Shown one piece after another: positions 1-9,196 of a stretch of 64,000 nucleotides of DNA. The DNA is from Vicinamibacteria bacterium. GTDB taxonomy: Bacteria; Acidobacteriota; Vicinamibacteria; Marinacidobacterales; Marinacidobacteraceae. Within the stretch, counting starts at the first letter, position 1. Every line of letters begins with the position of its first letter. The DNA is taken from NCBI GenBank assembly GCA_963422395.1, contig OY729431.1, positions 2,844,271-2,908,270 on the forward strand, in the 5' to 3' direction. The notes under the pieces are model-generated. The model searched no databases and was not told the DNA's origin. It worked only from the letters and a program-made list of their open reading frames with translations. Made by a program: the position numbers and the translations under genes.

Positions 1-689
1 CGCGCCGAATCCTGCCGGAGGACCGGTTCGACTGGAACGCTCTCGGCTCCCACCGAGAGCTGCGCGCTGCGATCTCCCGCGTGGTGCCAGGGTACGAAGA
101 GATCGCCGAGATCGAAGGACGGGGCGGCGAATTCCAGATCGGGGGCCGGACCCTCCACGAACCCCGATTCGGGACCGGCGACGGCAGGGCTCGTTTCCAG
201 ATCACGCCGCTTCCGGCGTTCCGGGTGCCGCCCGGCGAATTCCGATTGATGACGCTGCGGTCCGAAGGACAGTTCAATACCGTGGTGTACGAAGAAGAGG
301 ACCTCTACCGGGGAAACACCCGCCGCGATGTGGTGATGATGTCCGTCGCCGACGCCGCCGACCGGGGATTTTCGGAGGGGGACGCGGTTCGGGTGGTGAC
401 CGAGACCGGGGCTCTCGAAGTGGTGGTCGCCATCGTGGACATTCGCTCCGGGAATCTGGCCATGTACTACCCGGAAGCCAACGCGCTGGTGCCGCGGCGC
501 GTGGACCGACGGTCCGGAACCCCCGCCTTCAAGTCGGTGCGGGCCCGGATCGAGCCCCGGCCTCGTCCCGCTGCGGAAGGACGATCCGGCGCCGCAGCAG
601 CTCGGCTTCGACCGGCGCCGGAGAGGCCTGCCGCCCGGACTGCTCCGAGATCTGCTCCGAGAGCAGGAGGCGGGCAGCCCGGTTCGTGA
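1..689 (+). CDS. FdhF/YdeP-family molybdopterin oxidoreductase, C-terminal part (5' end outside window)
   Basis: Frame open from position 3; LMTLRSEGQFNTVVYEEEDLYRG and YYPEANALVP...SGTPAFKS motifs of the molybdopterin dinucleotide-binding domain. Confidence 0.85.
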   Translation, partial: RRILPEDRFDWNALGSHRELRAAISRVVPGYEEIAEIEGRGGEFQIGGRTLHEPRFGTGDGRARFQITPLPAFRVPPGEFRLMTLRSEGQFNTVVYEEEDLYRGNTRRDVVMMSVADAADRGFSEGDAVRVVTETGALEVVVAIVDIRSGNLAMYYPEANALVPRRVDRRSGTPAFKSVRARIEPRPRPAAEGRSGAAAARLRPAPERPAARTAPRSAPRAGGGQPGS

Positions 690-1332
690 CCGCGGCGACC
701 GCGAAGCTCACCCCGAAGTAATTCCTTTCGCGGGGCAACGGGGGCAAGGGTCGGGCCCAGGGGGCGGCCAGCAGCACGCGCCCCCGCCGGGCGAACCGAC
801 CGCGCTCGAGATGCGCGTCCGCCTCCACCCCGATCAGCCCCCGAACCCGGAGCAGCGCGCCCGGGATCAGCAACACTCCCTGGCTGCGGCGGGGAGCGAT
901 CAGAGTCGATCCCGCTTCCCCCGCTTCGACCGCAGCCGTGCGGAGGAGCTGTTCCCCTTCCGGGTCGCTCCCCGCCGGAACGCCGGCGCTCAGGTTCGCG
1001 AGCTGCGCGCCGTTTTCGGCCGCCCAGCGGATCCCGGCGGCGAGGCACTCCGCGGGAGCGTCCAGCCGGCGGCCGAAGACTCGCACCGAGAGAAGAGCGT
1101 AACGGTCTGGGGGAAGCCCCTCGGAGACGGCGGCAGCCACTGCGGTGCCATGACCGATCTCGTCGGCCCAGGCGGCAGCGCCGGCTTCCATGAGACCCGC
1201 TCTCCCTTCGGAGAGACGGATGCGCACACCGTCTGCCACCGGCCCCACCTGCCGGTGCCGGGGATTCACTCCGCTGTCCAGGATCGCGATCCGCAGGCGG
1301 CCGCCGACCGATTTCCCATCCTCTCCGGCCAT
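529..1332 (-). CDS. qhpE: S8 subtilisin-like serine protease, QHNDH gamma-subunit leader peptidase
   Basis: Catalytic triad motifs ILDSG, GHGT, GVSFA; short S8 domain at the end of the qhp operon. Confidence 0.8.
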   Translation of the reverse strand: MAGEDGKSVGGRLRIAILDSGVNPRHRQVGPVADGVRIRLSEGRAGLMEAGAAAWADEIGHGTAVAAAVSEGLPPDRYALLSVRVFGRRLDAPAECLAAGIRWAAENGAQLANLSAGVPAGSDPEGEQLLRTAAVEAGEAGSTLIAPRRSQGVLLIPGALLRVRGLIGVEADAHLERGRFARRGRVLLAAPWARPLPPLPRERNYFGVSFAVAAVTNRAARLLLSEQISEQSGRQASPAPVEAELLRRRIVLPQRDEAGARSGPAPT

Positions 1333-1336
1333 CCGC

Positions 1337-3019
1337 TCAGTCCACGGGTTCGATGCAACCGTTTTCGAATGCGAACCGCCGGTCGGCGGCTTCGGCGAAG
1401 GCCCGCCGGTGGGTCATCACCAGCGCGATCCGCTGGCGCAGCCAGGGAACCAGCCGGCGGATCAGCAGCGCTTCGGTCTCTTCGTCGAGCGCCGAGCTCG
1501 GTTCGTCGAGCAGGATGAGCGCCGGATCGGTGAGCACCGCGCGCGCGATGGCGATCCGCTGACGCTGTCCGGCCGAAAGCTGCTGCCCCCGCTCCCCGAC
1601 CACGGTGGCGAGCCCGTCTTCGAGGGAGCCCAGGAAGCCGTCGAGCGCGGCGAGCCGCACGGCTCGTTCTACCGCGGCACCGCTTGCGCCGGGATTTCCG
1701 TAGCGGATGTTCTCGCCGATTTCTCCATGCCAGAGAAACGGCTCCTGTTCCACGACGGCGATCGGGCCGCGGAGCGCGGAGAGCGAAAACCGCCGGATGT
1801 CGGCGCCGCCCCAGGAGATCCGCCCTTCGTCCGGATCCAGGCGGCGGAGGATCAGGTCGGCGAGCGTGGTCTTGCCCACCCCGCTCGGCCCCGTGAGGAC
1901 CGAGAGCGAGTGCTCGGGCAGGGTGAGCGAAGCGCGGTGGAGCACCGGGGCGTCGCCGCGGCCGTAAGACAGCGAAACCGCCTCCACGACCAGCGGCCCG
2001 CGCGGTCGTGTCGGATCGAGCGGATCGTCGGTTTCCTCGACTCCGGACGGCTGGTCGAGAAGCTCGAACACCCGCTCGAAGGAAGCGCGGGCGGCGCGCA
2101 GCCCCAGGTACTGCCCGAGCAGCCCCTGCACCGGTCCGAAAAGCCGCATCTGATAGGTCATCGCCGCTCCGAGGGTTCCGAGGGTCATCCCTCCCTCGAT
2201 CACCTGATGACCGCCGTAGAGGAACGCGGCGACGCCGGCGACCGCAACCAGCGAGGCGGGGATTCCGGATGCCACATAGGTGGTACGCCGGGCGAGCAGG
2301 AGAGAGCGGATGAATCGGTCGTTCTCCGACCGGAACCGCTTGGCTTCCCGCTCCTCCTGGCCGAAGGCGACCGTCTGCCGCAAGCCGAGCACCGACTCGA
2401 CGAGGGCGCTCCCGACCGACGCGCCCGCCTCCCGCAGTCGTCGGTTCTGGTCGGTGACCCGCCCGCGGAGCCGATGCAGCGAGAGTGCGGCGAAGGGGAG
2501 GAGGAGAATCGCGGGCAGCAGCAGCACCGGAGCGAGGATCGCGACGAAGGCGAGCGCCACCGCCAGCGCCACCAGGTTAGAGGCCAGCGAGAGCAGCAGA
2601 TCACCCGCCGTCCGCTGCAGTTCGGAGACATCGGTGTTCAGCCGCGAGAGGAGGTCCCCGGTGCGGGCGCCGGCGAAGAAGCGGGGCGAGAGCCGCTGCA
2701 GCCGCCGGTACACGGTCAGGCGAAGATCGAACAGCGCCCGCGCCGAAATGCCCACATAGCGGTAGCCGGTGAAGGAAGTCACCACCAGCCCGCCGATCTG
2801 CATCGCCGCCATGAGGGCCGCGAGCCGGAGCAGGAGGCCGAAGTCGCCGCCGAGCAGAGCACGGTCGAGCAGCGGGACGAGCAGCAGCGGCCAGAGCTGG
2901 CCCGGCAGCCCGGCGAGGAACGAGAGCCCGAGCACGCCGGAGAGCCGCCGCCAGTAGGGCAGCGTCAGCCGGAAAGCCCGACGGTAGATCCCGCTGTCGC
3001 CCCCGCATCGAATCGCCAT
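1337..3019 (-). CDS. qhpF: ABC exporter (fused TMD + ATPase) of the qhp cluster
   Basis: Hydrophobic TMD followed by Walker A GPSGVGKT, signature LSAGQRQR and Walker B LILLDE; operon context. Confidence 0.85.
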   Translation of the reverse strand: MAIRCGGDSGIYRRAFRLTLPYWRRLSGVLGLSFLAGLPGQLWPLLLVPLLDRALLGGDFGLLLRLAALMAAMQIGGLVVTSFTGYRYVGISARALFDLRLTVYRRLQRLSPRFFAGARTGDLLSRLNTDVSELQRTAGDLLLSLASNLVALAVALAFVAILAPVLLLPAILLLPFAALSLHRLRGRVTDQNRRLREAGASVGSALVESVLGLRQTVAFGQEEREAKRFRSENDRFIRSLLLARRTTYVASGIPASLVAVAGVAAFLYGGHQVIEGGMTLGTLGAAMTYQMRLFGPVQGLLGQYLGLRAARASFERVFELLDQPSGVEETDDPLDPTRPRGPLVVEAVSLSYGRGDAPVLHRASLTLPEHSLSVLTGPSGVGKTTLADLILRRLDPDEGRISWGGADIRRFSLSALRGPIAVVEQEPFLWHGEIGENIRYGNPGASGAAVERAVRLAALDGFLGSLEDGLATVVGERGQQLSAGQRQRIAIARAVLTDPALILLDEPSSALDEETEALLIRRLVPWLRQRIALVMTHRRAFAEAADRRFAFENGCIEPVD

Positions 3020-3124
3020 CAGTTTCCGCAGGTAGAAGAACCGGGCAACCGCTCGTCATCCGGGCTGCCCAAGCGATGAAACCCCCGGACGCCAGGCGGC
3101 GCGTGCCGCCGGGGCGACCGTCCG

Positions 3125-4195
3125 TTACTCGAAGCGGAGTTCCAGCGGGGCGATCATGAAATCGCCGCCGGCGAAGATCTCGGTCTCCCGCTCCAGCGTC
3201 TCGGCGTCATAGACATACATGGTGTCGCCGACTCCGGAGACGAACAGCCGCTTCCCGTCGGCGGAAACGATCAGCGAGGTGTTCGTCCGACCCCGTTCGA
3301 AGCCCTTCCGGCGCAGGATCACCTGCCGGCTCTCCATGTCCAGGACGGCAGCATCGCCGAGCCCGGCGTAGCCGCGCTTTCCGTCGGGAGAGAGCGCGAA
3401 GTGGGCGAGCTGCATCTGGGGTCCGACCTCGTAGTGGCGCACGGTCTTCTGCGGCAGCCGGATCTCGAGCACGCCGAAGAGGTCCATCCCCTGCCGGGGC
3501 TCCGTCGTTCGATAGATGCCGAAGAGGCGCCCGGGCTCGATCTCCTGCAGGCGGTGTCCCCGCACCCCGCCGTACCCCGGGGCGAGGGGGCTGTCGAGCG
3601 CGACCCGGTCCGTTTCCTCGAAGGTCTCGCCGTCGAGTTCGACGACCTGCTCGTTCACCAGGTACATCGAAGAACCGTCGGGGCTGAAGTGGATATTCGG
3701 GCGCCAGTCGTCCGCCCCGCCGAGCGGGATGCGGTGGGTCACCTCGCGCCGTTCGCGGTCGAAGACCCAGATCTCGGACGGGGTTTCGTGGAGGAAGCGG
3801 TCCGGCTCGAGGGCCACCACCACCGGCACCAGGAAGATGCGCTTCGCTCCCGGTCCCGGAGTCGCGCTCATGAAACGGACGCGCGTGGTCTCGGTGCTGA
3901 GTCGGAAGTCGTCCACCACCGCCATCGCTTCGGCGTCGAACAACTCGACGGACTCCATCCGTTCGGTGACGATGGCGAGATAGCGGCCGTCGGCGGTTTT
4001 TCGGTGGTTCGTGGCGGCGCCGTACCGCAGGCTGCCGATTTTCTCGAAGGTCAGCGTCTCCTGATCGAAGGTCAGGAGTTCGTCGGGCCAGATCCCCGCT
4101 AGGAACCGGTTCGGCTCCCCGGCCGCCGCCGGTACGGCAGCGAGCACGACAGTTCCGAGCGCGATGGCTCCGAGGGCGAAAAGCAGCCGTCTCAT
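3125..4195 (-). CDS. qhpB: Quinohemoprotein amine dehydrogenase beta subunit (beta-propeller)
   Basis: Signal peptide MRRLLFALGAIALG..., repeated S(P/A)DG-type propeller blades; ATG overlaps the qhpC stop (ATGA). Confidence 0.8.
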   Translation of the reverse strand: MRRLLFALGAIALGTVVLAAVPAAAGEPNRFLAGIWPDELLTFDQETLTFEKIGSLRYGAATNHRKTADGRYLAIVTERMESVELFDAEAMAVVDDFRLSTETTRVRFMSATPGPGAKRIFLVPVVVALEPDRFLHETPSEIWVFDRERREVTHRIPLGGADDWRPNIHFSPDGSSMYLVNEQVVELDGETFEETDRVALDSPLAPGYGGVRGHRLQEIEPGRLFGIYRTTEPRQGMDLFGVLEIRLPQKTVRHYEVGPQMQLAHFALSPDGKRGYAGLGDAAVLDMESRQVILRRKGFERGRTNTSLIVSADGKRLFVSGVGDTMYVYDAETLERETEIFAGGDFMIAPLELRFE

Positions 4196-4518
4196 GGAAA
4201 AACGAGGTCTATCTCGCGCCAATCCTGGGTGGCCGAAGCACAGTTCTTGTGCCAGTCCGGGCTGTTGTTCAGGTAGTCGGGGACCTGGGCCGGCCAGTAG
4301 CAGGTCTTGTAGCAGTCGTAGAGATCCCGCTCCATCGGCTGGCAGAGCGCCGCGGTGCCTCCGGTCGAATCCACCTCCCAGCCCGGAGAGAAGATCGTGG
4401 TGCACTGAGACGGGTAATGGGGCCCGGGGTCCTCGGCGGTAGCGCGCGCCGATCCACCGCCTTCGAGCCACTCGGTCGCAAAACGGGCCTTCAGATTCTT
4501 CGGGGCGAGATGTTGCAT
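4192..4518 (-). CDS. qhpC: Quinohemoprotein amine dehydrogenase gamma subunit precursor (CTQ-bearing, 108 aa)
   Basis: MQHLAPKNLKA leader; CTTIFSPGWEVD, LCQPMERDLY, CYWPAQVPD and QDWR...VFP match the gamma-subunit pattern. Confidence 0.95.
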   Translation of the reverse strand: MQHLAPKNLKARFATEWLEGGGSARATAEDPGPHYPSQCTTIFSPGWEVDSTGGTAALCQPMERDLYDCYKTCYWPAQVPDYLNNSPDWHKNCASATQDWREIDLVFP

Positions 4519-4526
4519 ACGGTGTC

Positions 4527-5969
4527 CTACGGAGTCGGCCGTTCCACGCGGACCGCTCCCTCGAAACGGGCCAGAAATTCGGGGCGCCGGTCGAGGATCC
4601 GACCATAGGCCGAGAGGCCGAGCGCCGTCCAGTCGCGGATCCAGTCGCAGTAGTGCAGGTTGGGGCGGAAGCGGTCGCCGTAGCGGACTTGCGCTTCGTG
4701 ATAACAGCCGCCGGAACACAGGCTGCGCACCCAGCACTGGCTGCAATCGGTGCGGGCGTCGATGTGGGCCTTTTCCAGATGCTCGACGCGCTTTTCGTGG
4801 TGGATTCCGGTGGCCACATGACCGAGATCGTGGTCGCCCGATCCGGCGAAGCGGTGGCAGAGACCGACCTCTCCGCCCGGGGCCACCCCCACCAGGCCGA
4901 GCCCGGCGCCGCAGGGGTACGCCTTGCTCACTCCCTCGTGGATCTCGCCGAGCAGGTCGCTGAGGTTGGAAAAGCCCAGGTAGCGGCCTTCGGCGGCCGC
5001 CTCCACATAGTCGTCGGCGAGCCCCCGGAACTGGTCGAGCAGCTCGTCGAAACCGCCCTCTCCGAGGGCGTAGTCCTGATCGGGTGAAGAGGTGACCGGG
5101 GCGAATCCCACTTCGTAGAAGCCGAGCCCGATCAGGTGTTCGAAGATCCGGGGCACATCGAGATTCTTCGAGGTGACGGTCACCCGCGCTCCCACCGGAC
5201 GCTTCTGGAGCTTCAGAAATTCGGCGATCCGCGGAGCGATCACCTCGTAGCTCCCCAAGCCGCTCCGGTACACCCGCATGGAGTCCTGGAACTCCCGGGG
5301 ACCATCCACCGAAATGGTGACCCCGATCCGGTTCTCGGCGATCCACTCCGAAATTTCACGGGTCAGCAGGGTGGCGTTCGTGGTGAGGCTGAAATCCACC
5401 CGCTTGCCGGCGTCCCGGGCCTTTTTCCTCGCGTACTCCACGGTCGGCCGGATGACCCGCCAGTTGAGCAGCGTCTCGCCGCCGAAGAAAGTGATCTGAA
5501 GATCCTTCGCCGCTCCCGACTCGGTGAGCAGCCGGTCCACCGACTGGCGCGCCACCTCCGCGGTCATCGCCTGGGGAATCTCGGCAGCCGCGATCCGATC
5601 GTCGCCGTACTCGTAGCAGTAGCGGCAGGCGAGATTGCAGGAGTTCGTGACATTCAACACCACGGTGCGGATCGGCGGCGGCTCGGCGACTTCCTGGAGG
5701 CCGCCGATGGGAATCAACGGTGCGCCTTGCCGCGCGACCGCTCCGACCTCCGCGAGTTCCCGAAGCGCCGCTTTCTCGTCGGGCGTCGTCGCGACCGCTT
5801 CCGGGGGCTTCGGCCCGGCTTCGAGCCGGTCGAGGACCCTTTCGCTCGCCGCATCGAGCTCGAAGATCATCGAGGAGGGAACGAGGAAGGCATAGCGCCG
5901 ATCGCCGCCGGCGAACCGGTGCATCTGGCTCGCCTCCACGAGCGGAGGCGCGGAAGAGAGCCCGCTCAC
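4527..5969 (-). CDS. qhpD: Radical SAM/SPASM thioether-forming maturase
   Basis: CNLACRYC, FFGGE, SPASM Cys set CGAG...CHRF...CSQC...CSGGC...C; lies between qhpA and qhpC. Confidence 0.93.
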   Translation of the reverse strand: MSGLSSAPPLVEASQMHRFAGGDRRYAFLVPSSMIFELDAASERVLDRLEAGPKPPEAVATTPDEKAALRELAEVGAVARQGAPLIPIGGLQEVAEPPPIRTVVLNVTNSCNLACRYCYEYGDDRIAAAEIPQAMTAEVARQSVDRLLTESGAAKDLQITFFGGETLLNWRVIRPTVEYARKKARDAGKRVDFSLTTNATLLTREISEWIAENRIGVTISVDGPREFQDSMRVYRSGLGSYEVIAPRIAEFLKLQKRPVGARVTVTSKNLDVPRIFEHLIGLGFYEVGFAPVTSSPDQDYALGEGGFDELLDQFRGLADDYVEAAAEGRYLGFSNLSDLLGEIHEGVSKAYPCGAGLGLVGVAPGGEVGLCHRFAGSGDHDLGHVATGIHHEKRVEHLEKAHIDARTDCSQCWVRSLCSGGCYHEAQVRYGDRFRPNLHYCDWIRDWTALGLSAYGRILDRRPEFLARFEGAVRVERPTP

Positions 5970-7621
5970 GGCGCCGCCCGTTGCGGGAACAGATCCCAGT
6001 AGAGGAAGACCGGCGGCGCGACCACCAGCCGAGCGCGGTCGCGCAGCGTCTCGCCGCTCGCCGGATCCTGGTGTTCGGCGACCACCCAGACATCCCCCAT
6101 GTTGTCGGCATCCAGCTCGCGTTCCGGGTTCGGACCGTCGAGCCCGGGCGTGAAGAGGCCGCGTTCGTCGATGTTGCCGACGAAGCGGGTGTCGGCATCC
6201 TCGTCGCGGATGTAGTACTCCTCGGTAGTCCAGGACACCGCGACCGGTCCGAGTGCGAGGTCGTCTCCGGTGAGCCGTTCACCGTCGGGCCCTCGGTGCC
6301 AGCCGTTCACTTCGAATTGCACGAACTGCTTCGGCGCAACCGCGCCGCCCACCCGGGCGAGCGCCGTTTCCGGCAGGACCCGGATGTAGTCCACCCCGTC
6401 GTGGACCGCGAAACCGTCCACCAGCCGGATCCCGGAGATCGAGACATCGCGGTAGCCCAGCAGGGCTTCAGGACCGATCTCGAGATCTGCCTGGAGTTCC
6501 CCGTCGGAGATCCTCCGGACACCCGCGACCCGAACTCCGGAGCCGAAGTCGAGCGAATCCGCAGCGTCCTCGCCGAATCCGGCTCCGAGGATCCTCAACC
6601 CGGAGACGGTGCTCCCGATCCGGCCCGCAGGAGGCCAGGCCGCTGCGATCTGCACTCCTCCGGCGACGCGGGTGAGCGTCGCGTCCAGTCCGTCCTCGCC
6701 GAAACGCCCGCGGAAGAGCCGCCCGCGGAGTGTCTGCCCGTCGGCATCGAGAAGGAGAGCCGCCCGCCGCTCCTGAAGCCGCTCGCCCTGCGAGCGGCCG
6801 CGGAACGAATACCCGCCGTAGAGCACCCCCGCACCGAGCCGGCGTTCGGCGGTTCCGTCGGCGTGGGTCAGGTTCGCTTCGTAGGCGTAGTCGCCGCTTT
6901 CGCCGTCCTCGGGCCGGAACTCGACGATTCCCGCGATCGGGCCTCTGCCGGGCTGGCTGCCCTTCAAGAACCAGCGCCCGGCGATGCCCGGCCCGGGCCC
7001 TTTGGCGCGGTAGTTCTTCCAGGCGGAGGTTTCGAAGGGGTACCGCTCCTTGAGCTGATCGAGGACCCGGTCCACCGCCCAACGCTCAGCGCCCGGCTCC
7101 CCCCGGAAGGTCTGCCCTTCGATGACCGGGAAGTAACCGACATGCATTCCCTTCAGCAGGTCCCATTCCTCGGCGGTCCGGCGCTGGGCGCGGAAACGCG
7201 CCGTGAGATGGCACCCCGAGCAGGTCTCGCGAAGCAGCTCCTCGCCGGCGGCGAAGCTCTCCTGGAAGGAGCGCTGTTCCGCCAGATAGAAGATCGGGCG
7301 TTCCTCCTCGGGAGCGAGGCCGTGATGATCCGCGAGATAGCGCACCACGGCGCGCGCGTCTTCCGGACCCAGATCGATATTCCCGGTGCGGATCATCCGC
7401 AGGATGGTGATCTGCCAGCCTTCCGCCGACTTCCGCTGGAAGGAGATCCGGGACATCCGCCCCCGAGCGTCTGTCGCGTGGCAGGCGCCGCAGGCCGCCT
7501 CGACGAGCGCGCTCGCAACGGGAATGCCGTCATCGGCTTCCGCCGCACCGGCCGGCCCGGAGAGTGAGAGAGCGGCGAGCGAAAGAGCGATGGAAGCGCT
7601 GCCGCAGACAGCAGACCGCAT
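5966..7621 (-). CDS. qhpA: Quinohemoprotein amine dehydrogenase alpha subunit (di-heme c)
   Basis: Signal peptide, two heme c motifs CGACH and CSGCH, RISFQRKSAEGW, C-terminal GLDGPNPER; start set at MRSAVCG. Confidence 0.93.
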   Translation of the reverse strand: MRSAVCGSASIALSLAALSLSGPAGAAEADDGIPVASALVEAACGACHATDARGRMSRISFQRKSAEGWQITILRMIRTGNIDLGPEDARAVVRYLADHHGLAPEEERPIFYLAEQRSFQESFAAGEELLRETCSGCHLTARFRAQRRTAEEWDLLKGMHVGYFPVIEGQTFRGEPGAERWAVDRVLDQLKERYPFETSAWKNYRAKGPGPGIAGRWFLKGSQPGRGPIAGIVEFRPEDGESGDYAYEANLTHADGTAERRLGAGVLYGGYSFRGRSQGERLQERRAALLLDADGQTLRGRLFRGRFGEDGLDATLTRVAGGVQIAAAWPPAGRIGSTVSGLRILGAGFGEDAADSLDFGSGVRVAGVRRISDGELQADLEIGPEALLGYRDVSISGIRLVDGFAVHDGVDYIRVLPETALARVGGAVAPKQFVQFEVNGWHRGPDGERLTGDDLALGPVAVSWTTEEYYIRDEDADTRFVGNIDERGLFTPGLDGPNPERELDADNMGDVWVVAEHQDPASGETLRDRARLVVAPPVFLYWDLFPQRAAP

Positions 7622-7733
7622 ATGGAACTGCCCATGGTAAGGGTTCCCTTCCGGCAGCGCCACCGCCAGAGAGGAGAAGCTCGCTCGCCCGCACCGAGTG
7701 CCCACAGGCACTCGAGGGCGTAGCAACCGCCGG

Positions 7734-8669
7734 TCACTGCTGGCTGGGGGTTTCGCCGCCCTTGACGATGGTGGTGGCCAGGGTGAGCATCGAGGCGAGA
7801 TCGCCGAGGTTGGCAGGCACCACGAAAGTGTTTCCAGCTTTGGCGAGTTCGCCGAACTGCGTCACATATTGCTCGGCGATCCGAAGGCGGACAGCGTCCA
7901 TGCCTCCTTCGAGGCTGGCCGCCACCGCCACCTGACGCAGACCCTCGGCAGTGGCGGTCGCCACGGCGAGGATGGCCTCCGCCTCTCCCTGAGCCTCGTT
8001 GATCTGTTGGGTGCGCACCGCTTCGGACTGCTTGATGACCTGCTGTTTCTCGCCCTCGGCCTCGTTGATCTTCGCGTCGCGCTCCCCCTCGGAGTTCAGG
8101 ATCACGGCGCGCTTCTCCCGCTCGGCGCGCATCTGCTTCTCCATGGCCGCGAGAACATCGTGAGGAGGGTTGATGTTGCGGATCTCGTAGCGCAACACCT
8201 TGACCCCCCAGGGTGCGGACGCCTTGTCCAGTTCGCTCACCACCGCGGCGTTGATCGCGGCGCGTTCCTCGAACGTGCGGTCGAGATCGATCTTGCCGAC
8301 CTCACTGCGGAGCGTGGTCTGCGCCAGCTGCGAGATCGCGAATACATAGTTCATGATCCCGTAGGAGGCTTGCCGGGGATCCAGCACCTGCAGGTAGAGC
8401 ACACCGTCCACTCCCACCTGCACATTGTCACGGGTGATGCAAAGCTGCTCGGAGATATCGATCGCCTGCTCCTTCAGCGAATGCCGATAGGCGATGCGCT
8501 CCAGAAACGGGATCAGGATATGAAAGCCCGCCTGCAGCGTGCGGCTGTAACGGCCCAGCCGTTCGACCACATAGCCGGACTGCTGCGGAACGATCTTCGC
8601 GGTCTTGGCGATGGTGAGGACCACCAGCAACACCAACGCCAGAACGGCGAGGAATCCAACGGAACTCAT
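7734..8669 (-). CDS. SPFH/stomatin-like protein (QmcA-like)
   Basis: N-terminal TM, VVERLGRY, ITRDNV, QLAQTTLRS, MEKQMRAERE. Confidence 0.92.
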   Translation of the reverse strand: MSSVGFLAVLALVLLVVLTIAKTAKIVPQQSGYVVERLGRYSRTLQAGFHILIPFLERIAYRHSLKEQAIDISEQLCITRDNVQVGVDGVLYLQVLDPRQASYGIMNYVFAISQLAQTTLRSEVGKIDLDRTFEERAAINAAVVSELDKASAPWGVKVLRYEIRNINPPHDVLAAMEKQMRAEREKRAVILNSEGERDAKINEAEGEKQQVIKQSEAVRTQQINEAQGEAEAILAVATATAEGLRQVAVAASLEGGMDAVRLRIAEQYVTQFGELAKAGNTFVVPANLGDLASMLTLATTIVKGGETPSQQ

Positions 8670-9109
8670 GTTGCCTTCTCCTCGGCACGAAGCTCGATCA
8701 CGAGATCGCGCACGCTTTCGACGCGGGCGCGCCGGCCCGGATCGAGGGGGGATTCGCCGATGTTGCGAGCCGTCCAGTCAGAGCCGCGGAGTTGGGCGCG
8801 GCCGATGCCTCCGGGCGCGATAGCGTCGGTCACGGTCGCAGTCTCACCGATCAGCGGTTCGAACCCGGCGGCCGGAGCGCCGCGAAGCCGGCGGTAGAAC
8901 TGCCGCCGCACCCCCGCCAGCAGCGCCAGCGCCAGCGCGCCGAAGATCGCCCACTGAAGCCAGAGCGGACCAGCGAGTCCGACCCCTGCTCCGAATCCGA
9001 CGAGCAGCGCCGCGAGACCCAGGATCGCCAGATAGAAGCCGGCATCCACGACGAACAACTCGGAGCCGAGAAGCACCGCTCCGAGGACGACCCATTGCCA
9101 CCAAGGCAT
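8666..9109 (-). CDS. NfeD-like small membrane protein (YbbJ-type), partner of the SPFH protein
   Basis: MPWWQWVVLG hydrophobic N-terminus plus OB-fold C-terminus (LIGETATV...GSDWTAR); overlaps the SPFH start. Confidence 0.88.
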   Translation of the reverse strand: MPWWQWVVLGAVLLGSELFVVDAGFYLAILGLAALLVGFGAGVGLAGPLWLQWAIFGALALALLAGVRRQFYRRLRGAPAAGFEPLIGETATVTDAIAPGGIGRAQLRGSDWTARNIGESPLDPGRRARVESVRDLVIELRAEEKAT

Positions 9110-9196
9110 TCGGCTGAATGATAGAGCTTCGGCGATCCCCGGACGGGAAGGACCGGGCGCTGGCGGCGCGCCGCGGTTTCCGGTACAACCTGCGGG

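Noticed and set aside
4192-5969. Novel RiPP (ranthipeptide/sactipeptide) cluster
   Set aside because: The peptide, radical SAM enzyme, protease and exporter are fully explained as QHNDH maturation genes next to the alpha and beta subunits.
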